Shown here: positions 55,639 to 64,000 of the stretch, piece after piece
Position numbering within the stretch: the stretch's first letter is position 1
Layout of the letters: the number at the start of each line of letters is the position of its first letter
Assembly (NCBI GenBank): GCA_002811645.1
Contig: PDIP01000039.1
Coordinates: forward strand, 109,061 to 173,060
DNA: 64,000 nucleotides
Direction: 5' to 3'
Source of the DNA: Corallochytrium limacisporum Hawaii
Lineage: Eukaryota > Protista > Pluriformea
Position numbers and translations under genes: made by a program
The notes under the pieces: generated by a model
Databases searched by the model: none
What the model saw: only the letters and a program-made list of their open reading frames with translations
What the model was told of the DNA's origin: nothing

Positions 55639-57273
55639 TTAGCGGCGAATGTCGGCATCCATGGTCATGATCACCGTCTTCTTCTCCGTGTAGTTATCGA
55701 GGGCATCCTTGCCAAGCTCACGGCCAATACCGGAAGACTTGTAGCCGCCGAAAGGAGTGGCCACATTGACTTGGTTCCAGCAGTTCACAAACACTGTACC
55801 AGCCCGCAGGGAATTGATCAAACGATGGGCCTTCTTAATGTCTCGAGTAAAGACACCAGCACCCAAACCATAGTCAGTGTTATTTGCGCGTTCAATGACA
55901 GAATCCAAATCATCACCACGGAACTTGAAAATGGAAATAACCGGTCCAAAGATCTCCTCCTTGGCAATACGGGAATCATCGGGGACATCGCAGAAGACTG
56001 TGGGTTCGATGAAGTAGCCCTTGCCGGCCACGGCGTTACCGCCAAGAGCGAGACGTGCACCACTCTTCTTACCGCTCTCAATCAGGTCCAGGATCTTCTC
56101 GTACTGGTCCTTGTCCACCTGAGGCCCGTGCATGGTACCGTCGCCCCATTGGTCACCCATAGACCAGGTTTTGGCCTGTGCGACCATGCGGTCGACAAAC
56201 TCATCATAGATCTTGTCCTCGACAAAGATGCGGCTGCTGGCGACACAGCTCTGTCCCATGTTGGCGAACAGTCCCTGGTGGCATTGCGGGATGGCCTCGT
56301 CCATGTCAGCATCGGCGAATACGACAGCAGGAGATTTGCCACCGAGTTCCAGAGTGACACGCTTCAGGCTTGTGGTGGCACACTGACTGGCGATCAACTT
56401 GCCGACTTCAGAGGAACCAGTGAAGGCAATCTTATTGACTTCAGGATGGTTCACCAGGGCAGCACCAGCGGTTGGGCCGTAACCAGGCACGATGTTCACG
56501 ACACCAGGAGGGAAGCCGGCCTCGATGGCTAGCTCACCGATGCGGAGGGCGGACAGGGGAGTCTGTTCGGCTGGCTTCAGCACAATGGTGCAGCCCATAG
56601 CGAGAGCAGGGCCCCACTTCCAGGACAGCATGCTCGCGGGGAAGTTCCACGGGATGATCTGACCAACCACACCCACGGGCTCGCGGCGGGTGAAGCAGAA
56701 GTTCTTGCTAGACTGCTGAATCACGTCCCCCTCAATCTTATCAGCCCAGCCGGCGTAGTAGCGGAACACATCTACGACCATGGTAATGTCCTGGTCCCGA
56801 GCGCAATGGTATGGCTTGCCGTTGTCCAGAGCGTCGAGGGCAGCCAGTTCCTCCTTGTGCTGTTCGACTAAATCAGCTAGCTTGTGCAGCAGCCGACTGC
56901 GGTCGAAGCCGCTCATTTCCGGCCAGGCACCCTTCTCAAAGGCAGCACGGGCCGCCTTGACAGCCTTATCAATATCTGCAGCATCACCTTCCTGAACTTG
57001 GCAGATCACTTCCTCAGTTGCCGGGTTCAGAGTAGCAAAGGTCTTGCCAGAGACGGAGTTGACCCATTCGTTGTTGATAAGGATCTTTGTCTGATGGATC
57101 AGCGTTTTGGCGTCCTTGGCGTTCTTCACATTGACTACGGGGACGGAAGTCACACCAACGGACTGTTCTGGAATTGCAGGAGCCATACTTGAAAATAGTC
57201 TCAAACGTAGAGATTTGAGGTTTGTCGTACTCAATAGAAGACGATGTTGTCTCCAGCTCATTAACCGGATCAT
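55639..57273 (-). CDS. ALDH2: Aldehyde dehydrogenase, ALDH1/2 family, with a probable mitochondrial presequence
   Basis: RYYAGWADK, GQIIPWNFP, KPAEQTPLS, FTGS, LELGGKSP, GQSC catalytic Cys, EEIFGPV, PFGGYKSSGIGRELG; Arg/Leu/Ser-rich N-terminus. Confidence 0.95.
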   Translation of the reverse strand: MIRLMSWRQHRLLLSTTNLKSLRLRLFSSMAPAIPEQSVGVTSVPVVNVKNAKDAKTLIHQTKILINNEWVNSVSGKTFATLNPATEEVICQVQEGDAADIDKAVKAARAAFEKGAWPEMSGFDRSRLLHKLADLVEQHKEELAALDALDNGKPYHCARDQDITMVVDVFRYYAGWADKIEGDVIQQSSKNFCFTRREPVGVVGQIIPWNFPASMLSWKWGPALAMGCTIVLKPAEQTPLSALRIGELAIEAGFPPGVVNIVPGYGPTAGAALVNHPEVNKIAFTGSSEVGKLIASQCATTSLKRVTLELGGKSPAVVFADADMDEAIPQCHQGLFANMGQSCVASSRIFVEDKIYDEFVDRMVAQAKTWSMGDQWGDGTMHGPQVDKDQYEKILDLIESGKKSGARLALGGNAVAGKGYFIEPTVFCDVPDDSRIAKEEIFGPVISIFKFRGDDLDSVIERANNTDYGLGAGVFTRDIKKAHRLINSLRAGTVFVNCWNQVNVATPFGGYKSSGIGRELGKDALDNYTEKKTVIMTMDADIRR

Positions 57274-60200
57274 GAGGTTCTAATTATTCCTTTAATACCT
57301 CTTCTTATTATGAACTTGGTCAGCTGACCAGCCGACTTGACGTTCAGAATGTCTGTCAAACTGTCCTCCCATTCGATAAATGTGACCTCCCGAACCGTCC
57401 GACCAATGTCAAATAACAAGCCCTTACAATTCTCTTGGACCAACCCCCTGGGTGAGCACTGGTCTGCACGGCCAAGCCAGGAGGGCCCCCACACACTTTC
57501 GCAGCTGGGCCCAAGCTTTCTTCAGTGCATGATTTCGATGACAGCTGCCTACATTGGAAGTGTGTGCGGGTATATTTCACCCGCCGTTCTTAAGGCTCTT
57601 GTGTGGCCGGGAAGCGGGCAGGGCAGGGAGGGATATTTTTGGCGGACCCAGCCCATTGGCAACAAAACGGCAACAAAAGATTTAGTGTACACAGGGACGG
57701 GTCGGTGTTGTAACTCACCTGTGCGCCGACTACGGGGTCTCTGGGTCGTACACGAAGAAACGGGGACTGATGAGCACCGGAGGGGAAGAATCCGACTGCG
57801 GGTTCTCCGCAAGAGACAGCACGCGAGCAGGACCGCAGCACAGATCCTGCTACTTTCCTTGGTACCCATTGGTTTTGCGAAACGCACCGGTACAAACTGC
57901 CTGGAGCTTCTTACTGATCGAAAGGAGGAAGAGGGGGAGTGGTTTCGAGAATTCTAGAGAGGAAGAAAGATTTTTGCAAAAAAAAAAAAAATAACACGCA
58001 AAACGAACCCGCGATCCGCAGCTGCTGGAAGTGTTTGCTGTTGCAGAAGCCGGTCGGGCATGGGAGGGTTATTTTGGTTGCGTGGGTCGTCGGAGACGGA
58101 GGAGACAGGGCTAATTGCATTGCTGTGCTGGCAGGGGAGGAGAAGGAGAAGAGCGGCTCGGGTTCGGGAGAGGTGGTGTATTAAGTATTTGCACGCATAA
58201 AGAGTCCGAGCGATCCTTAGTTAGCATCGCGGCCGATTGCCCTCGCTCGAACACCCAATAAAACATGACTTAGGGTATTGCCTGGGACGGACAGGTCCTG
58301 CTGGTGAATCTGCCATCCATTCTAGGTTGGTAATTGCGTTTTGGTGGAATTGGGTGCAGGGAAATCTCCGCTGCTGCGCCATGGAATGTTTTGACTTTTC
58401 ATGCTGACATACTGACCCGAACTCCAGCGAACACCTATAATGAACCCGGCCGGCATTTGCCACCACCACCAAGCGGAGCGGGCAAACGGACCAGAAGTCA
58501 ACCAATTGCCGCATATCCACTGCCATAGATTACCAATCGCAACGCTATCAAAACAGAGACAAAGAAATGGAAACACAAACAGCGGAGTTCAGTAATGGGC
58601 ATACGCTCTCTACCCAATGGTGTACGCACTGCACAATGTGTTATTAGTTTTGATTCGTATGATCGTTCCTCGTAGGCATCGGGTTACTACTGTCCGCTAC
58701 GGTGCCGGGCATCTCCAAACAAAGCCCTTTGGCATCCATACTAAGGCCGATGGCACGGGTCGGATCGACCGGAATGAATGAAGGCCGCCACCACAAATTG
58801 ATAGATGGTCGAAAGAGATAGGGCGGGCCAGAAGACCATGCATTGGTTGAGGGGCGTCAGTCTTGACAAGGACTGCGAAAATTCGAGGGTGGAATTTGCA
58901 GAGCTACCAAAGATCCAGCTGCTGTTTAGCTGTCCGGGACTGATGCGCAGAAGTGATACGCCCGCGACAAGGGAGCCCAAGCTGACAAGGTGCTCAGTAC
59001 AAATCATCTTCCATTCACAAAACTTGTGTCGCTCGCCCCCTTACCTCCCGTCAAAGACGTGGAGTATTTGGGGAAGGGGGTTTTTTTGGGACAAGCAATG
59101 GAAAAAGAAAATGATCCGCTGAAGTGCGCCCCCCCCCCCTCTTTTTCCTCTGGCGCAAACGTCAGCGGCGGCACTAACATTGTAACTGAATTCATCTTCT
59201 GGTTGAGGAACAAGGTACGGTCTGCAGACTTACCACAAAGAGTGCAAGGATTGGAGAGGGAAGGGAGCGGCTGCAAAGACGGGTAAATAGCCGACGGCGT
59301 AAAGTATAGCAGTATATTTTATATGAAGAGCTACCCCTCGTGAGCGAGGTGACTGTATCATTGGAGTGTCCCGAGAAATCAGGCAGTTTTTATCCTTTCG
59401 ACCGAGCGCTACGTAGACGGGTGACCACTAGTGAACAAGCCCCGGATTGCCAACCCCCAAGAATAACAAACGAGTCAACGTCTGCGATTAGCTATGACTC
59501 ATTCAATGCCTGCCATCTGGAAAGATAGACCATGGCAGATCTGCAATGGAGAGGGGGTAAGGCAGGGCTTCGCCCTAAACAAGATGGTGATACCATGACG
59601 GGCTCTCCTGTGTATTAGCCCGAGCCCCTAGATCCTAGGTGAGCAGTGAAGTGGATGCGACCATGAACCCGACATCGCGGGCACACAGGGGCCCAGCAGA
59701 CCAACCCGGCCACGACTTGTCCTCACAGATACATGTCGGGAGACTGGGGCCTATGGACCTTATGGACTCACCATGGGGCGCACTGCGTATGGAGTCATAC
59801 TCGCGCCGGACAACGATGGTGTGTGGGCTGCCTGAGACCCACCCCCACCCCCCACTTAGCCGTGAAGTCTGGTGCGCGCTCTTAGCTCTCTCCACCTATA
59901 AGACTGAGCCCCCAATAAGTCATTAATGCCATTTTGTAAGACTCACTCGCCCTCACCACTCTACTGCATTCCACTACACCTGTTGACGCAGACACGATAG
60001 AGAATGTACTGGTGGGGGAAGTCGCGACGCCGGGTGCAACAGAACAGAGCCCCGCCAGCCGAGCGGGGACGGGGGTGGGTTGAGTATCGAGACTCAGCGA
60101 TGCGCCGGGCTCCGGAACCATGAGCCTTGCGTGGGCACCGTATAGATGGTATTTTACTTGACTGATCTCCTCCCCTTGTCACGAATGCACTATTTGAAAA

Positions 60201-60345
60201 AAATAAGAGCAATTTACGGGCGAATAAGTGGCATATATAATACTTAGGCTGGTTGAGACAAAAATGAGACGCGACATGTGACGGTCGGAAACGTTCGGCT
60301 ACACGAAACATTGGGATTTGGAAGATAAAGAATTACTTCTCAACC

Positions 60346-61125
60346 ATGTCAGATAAAGAAACAGCAAGCACAGAAGTGCCAATGCCGTCGCCAGAGTCCG
60401 CAGTGCCAAACACAGATCTATCTTTTGACGAAGGCCCGTCTTCGACTGGTCCTTCGTCAATGGACAAAGGCAAGGACAAAGCACAATGGCAGGAAACTTG
60501 TATCGGTTTCTGGTCTCAGAGTGGCATTAGACAGAGAGAAGGTTTGCCCGGAATATGCAAAGGCATCAGTATAGTAACTACAAAAAATGACGAAGACTTT
60601 GACGGGAATGAAGCCAGTCTTACTACGGGCCTGCGGGTTGTGATAACGACGGTTGATCCAGACGAACAGGACCACGATATGAAGGGGAATTCACGACACA
60701 ATACAGCAGCACAAAGCCGGGCAACAACAACCCAGGCAACGGCTGGTAGTGTTCCGCCGTCCACATCCACATCGACGAGTGATCACGAACCAACTCCAGC
60801 GACGGGCACGTTGAGTGGGGCTCGTCCAGGTCTGTTCACGTTCCTGTTTCGGGAGGTGCGTGATTTTGCGACCAACGATCAGAAACGAGCTGAATTTCTA
60901 GAGCACGCGGGACAAACTATCGAGAAGGAGAAAGTTTTGATTGGGCGCATCTGGGGAAACATTGTGAGCATGAAGGCGCTGAATCAGACGGCCACATTTA
61001 TGTCACAGGTGGCACAGAAGTCAATTAATGATATCAAATCAAAGTTCGGCGGCGGCGAGGATGCCGGGGACAAGAAAAGCGGCAGTAGTGGAGGCGTGCC
61101 ACCGACAGGATCGGGTAGAAACTGA
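60346..61125 (+). CDS. Hypothetical protein, 259 aa
   Basis: ATG-initiated ORF (ACCATGT context), S/T/D-rich N-terminal half, helical C-terminal segment; no family recognised. Confidence 0.65.
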   Translation: MSDKETASTEVPMPSPESAVPNTDLSFDEGPSSTGPSSMDKGKDKAQWQETCIGFWSQSGIRQREGLPGICKGISIVTTKNDEDFDGNEASLTTGLRVVITTVDPDEQDHDMKGNSRHNTAAQSRATTTQATAGSVPPSTSTSTSDHEPTPATGTLSGARPGLFTFLFREVRDFATNDQKRAEFLEHAGQTIEKEKVLIGRIWGNIVSMKALNQTATFMSQVAQKSINDIKSKFGGGEDAGDKKSGSSGGVPPTGSGRN

Positions 61126-61207
61126 ATTTGAACTAGGATTACTTTTTAGCTTTGAATACACATTTTCTGTAATGAGTACCAAGAGTGCATCTGTTGGTTT
61201 AGTGGAG

Positions 61208-64000
61208 TTACAAGGCCTTGGTTATAGTTCGCCCTCTGGCGTCAGACCGCTGCAGGTAGATTTGCATAATGATGTAGACACAGCCGACAATGCCAAATGG
61301 CCAGAGAAACTCACTCTGTGCAATTGTGGCGGCAAAGGCATTGAACGGCAGCAATGGCCAGAGGATATCCTCACGACACAGGGAGCCCAATCGGATGAAG
61401 CGGGCAAAGAAAACGTGCGCCGGTAAGGCCAGGATCAATGCTGCAAGATCAATCAAGAGATCTATAAAGCGGCCATCGTTGGCTACGACACCCGACGGAT
61501 CGGTGGCCAGGAAAATACACAGATCCACAGTAAAGAACATAAGAGCTACAAAGTTGATGGTGAAGACCAATGGATAATACCGGGCCCTAGTCTTCTTCTC
61601 ACCGCTCTCCCAGTTGACAAAAAGGACGACGGGTGTGAAGGCGAGCACCAGCCAACCTGGAGCGTCGAGGTACTGCCAGGTTACAAGGGTCATGCCCAGC
61701 ATGGACTTGACCACCGAAATGTTCCCACAGATGGCGAGGTCCGGACGAATGGCCTGTACACGGCGGTTCCGCAGCATAGCTTGACTGCTAGACAGCACGA
61801 ACTTGATCACTGCACAAAGGATCAAGTGGTATGCACTGTGAAAGGCAATCATAAAGATAGTCGTGTCCGTCAAGAGATCATTCACAATCCAAGGATCCTT
61901 GATCGCTGCCACCACAGTGTAGATTTCGGTGAGGACTGTCCCAATCAGTATGATTGTGCCGAGTGAATGGAAAAAGTACAGTTCTTGCCGCTTCCAGATG
62001 TTGCCTGATAGCGCCCCATACAGCCAAGCGACATTCGCAGATCCAGCCACACCACATGCAAAGAGACAAAGAGGCGTGTGGGCGTAGGGGAGACCATACA
62101 GTGCCGCTAGGCAGTTCAGCGACATTGACAGCTGGCCCACGTAGGCCATTCGCAGGAATCGCCTCACAGACAGGGAGAACCCAGAGTAGGTGCGCAGCAG
62201 AAACAGTGATGCTGTTGTAACGGACGCAAATGCTGGAGCCGCAAAATCGGCGTAGGATCCCACCACACCGCCGTGGTCTTGTCTCACCTTCCCCATCGCA
62301 TAGATGACTTCATGAGTAGGGAGTCCTAAAGGATTCAAGATCAGTCCCAAAAAGTCTTTTCTCAGTCGGACTAGAGGGATAGACGGACGGAAGCCGATGC
62401 AGCAGATCCCGACAACCAATGCAATGAAATTTATCCGGCGCATATGTAGATCCACAATGCTCACTCCGACGCATACAACTGATAGCGAAAGTTTAAAGTA
62501 CCCAATAAGCAGCATGAGTCGCGTCTGCTGAGGTACTGCACCGTAGAAATCATTCTCATTGAAAACTTGAACCCAGAAAGCCAGCAGAAGGACTGCAATA
62601 CCAGCCTCCATCCATCGCAGTTTTCTCACCGTATCCTTGTCTGCGATAATTCCATTGTTCTTCTGAATCGCACTGGCAGAAAGGGAACCGATCCCGATGA
62701 TGGGAAGTGTGTGGACAACGACCAATAGTACAGCTGTGAATGTGTAGACGGTTGTGGGATCGTTCATTCCCGAAACGAGTATCAATTTGCCACCACCGAG
62801 TGCAAGCACTATCCTGCCGACTGTTTTGTTGATCATTTTTGTGTATAGCAAATAAACGCACAACGCAGCGTTTATGATGGCTGTTGATATCAAAAACCAA
62901 ACGGGATACATAGGTGTTTGCAGGAAAGACTCGTGACTCGACGGGGTCTGCGTGTAGATCTCCGCCCGATCCGCTGCCAGCGTGCACTCCAGAAAGAACG
63001 ATAACGACACCTCTGTCGCTACACAGATCCCTAAGATCTTCTCGATCCGTTTACGAGTCTCATTCCTCGAAACCCGGTGAATAGCCACCGAGCTAAAGCA
63101 AACTATCTGCAACGCTGCTGTAACCACCAGCATAACTGCCACAGCTTGCAATGACAACCCAGTACGGAAAGTATAGCGCAAGTCATATACTAACAGCACC
63201 ATGTCCCAGCCTCCGCAAGTGCATACACAGACAAGGAACAGGGCCGCCTTCTCCTTTGTCCAACCGGGATCCTTCATCACCCATGGCAGTGTCAGACCCA
63301 TGACACATGCCACAACGGTTGCAATAGTGATTGGCCACGGGGTCTGTAGAATCTGCGAGAGCGTATATCCAGCGAAGGAGGATAGAACAAGAGATACGTG
63401 CATGGGAATCAGTTTCGTTAGAATACCGACAAGGTACCCAAGGAAGCTGAAAGTCAACCAGGACACAACGAAGAAAAGCTCGAATCCCCATGTTGTGTAG
63501 TGTTCAAAGGGGAAAATGTTACCGCACATTTCAGTCATTACTGCTGAAAAACTGATTGTGACCAGCAGCACTCTGACTAGCTGCAAAAGATCGACATTTC
63601 CGACCCAAATGTGGTGGCGATCAATGGTTTCTGGAAAATCTTGATAAGCCGTAAGAGGCACATTCGCCAATCGTATCCAGAGTAGAGGCAAGAATACGTA
63701 GAGACCGAGGGAATAAACCATGCGCCAATCCCAGAACATGGCACTCAAAACAGTCACCAGGTCGTAGACGTCGCGGATGAGAAATTGCTGCCTAAATGCC
63801 GACCATTCGATTGCATTGAATACGGTTGCAGAGATAAGAGTATGGTACAGAAACAGAGACCTGTAAAAATACAGGAAAACAGTGGAACCTGTTGACAACC
63901 AAAGGCCCTGATAGACATCGTGTCCTTGCTTCAATCCCCACAGCGTACTCACGCTTAATAGCACAATGTTGATATCCACATAGCCGAAAATCATATTGCT
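61208..64000 (-). CDS. Polytopic membrane protein resembling Arabidopsis NO EXINE FORMATION 1 (possibly 5'-truncated)
   Basis: More than 20 hydrophobic segments. C-terminal ICGNISV, FTPVVLFVN, RYYPLV, LILALPAHVFFARF, GIVGCVYIIMQ resemble NEF1 SVGNVAT, LAPILLLLN, RYFPV, LILTAPGHIIFNRY, GVLGIVYSAAQ. Frame is open to the window edge. Confidence 0.7.
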   Translation of the reverse strand, partial: SNMIFGYVDINIVLLSVSTLWGLKQGHDVYQGLWLSTGSTVFLYFYRSLFLYHTLISATVFNAIEWSAFRQQFLIRDVYDLVTVLSAMFWDWRMVYSLGLYVFLPLLWIRLANVPLTAYQDFPETIDRHHIWVGNVDLLQLVRVLLVTISFSAVMTEMCGNIFPFEHYTTWGFELFFVVSWLTFSFLGYLVGILTKLIPMHVSLVLSSFAGYTLSQILQTPWPITIATVVACVMGLTLPWVMKDPGWTKEKAALFLVCVCTCGGWDMVLLVYDLRYTFRTGLSLQAVAVMLVVTAALQIVCFSSVAIHRVSRNETRKRIEKILGICVATEVSLSFFLECTLAADRAEIYTQTPSSHESFLQTPMYPVWFLISTAIINAALCVYLLYTKMINKTVGRIVLALGGGKLILVSGMNDPTTVYTFTAVLLVVVHTLPIIGIGSLSASAIQKNNGIIADKDTVRKLRWMEAGIAVLLLAFWVQVFNENDFYGAVPQQTRLMLLIGYFKLSLSVVCVGVSIVDLHMRRINFIALVVGICCIGFRPSIPLVRLRKDFLGLILNPLGLPTHEVIYAMGKVRQDHGGVVGSYADFAAPAFASVTTASLFLLRTYSGFSLSVRRFLRMAYVGQLSMSLNCLAALYGLPYAHTPLCLFACGVAGSANVAWLYGALSGNIWKRQELYFFHSLGTIILIGTVLTEIYTVVAAIKDPWIVNDLLTDTTIFMIAFHSAYHLILCAVIKFVLSSSQAMLRNRRVQAIRPDLAICGNISVVKSMLGMTLVTWQYLDAPGWLVLAFTPVVLFVNWESGEKKTRARYYPLVFTINFVALMFFTVDLCIFLATDPSGVVANDGRFIDLLIDLAALILALPAHVFFARFIRLGSLCREDILWPLLPFNAFAATIAQSEFLWPFGIVGCVYIIMQIYLQRSDARGRTITKAL

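Noticed and set aside
55594-56532. 312-aa plus-strand ORF
   Set aside because: Almost entirely antisense to ALDH, GTG start; typical shadow ORF caused by codon bias.
1-64000. CRISPR arrays, rRNA, intact transposons, telomeric arrays, alternative genetic code
   Set aside because: No repeat-spacer arrays, rRNA motifs, intact pol or LTR pairs, or TTAGGG runs seen; conserved genes end normally with TAA, TAG or TGA.

Overview
Eukaryotic, gene-dense window with about 21 single-ORF (apparently intronless) protein genes and two assembly gaps. The gene content mixes animal-type genes (STIL-like, MED26-like, ArgRS with N-terminal leucine zipper, ANKRD13, DCTN5) with fungal-type genes (Zn2Cys6 transcription factor, TrpC-TrpF). 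This suggests a unicellular holozoan with an intron-poor genome, such as Corallochytrium (inference, not confirmed). Housekeeping genes: VPS15, RPS10, TRM82/WDR4, GULO, RPB9, PCYOX1, RARS, ALDH, flavin reductase. Main points of interest: (1) a convergent pair of unusual PAS transcription factors (Zn2Cys6-PAS-PAS and DCX-like/bHLH-ZIP/PAS) with a tiny membrane ORF between them; (2) STIL-like and minimal MED26-like genes in an apparently non-animal genome; (3) much of the intergenic DNA, including some divergent-promoter spacers, reads as heavily decayed Ty1/copia pol fossils on both strands; (4) a recurrent C-run/G-run palindrome in intergenic DNA, often a few hundred bp upstream of start codons. 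All homology calls are by-eye motif comparisons from memory; no database searches were run.
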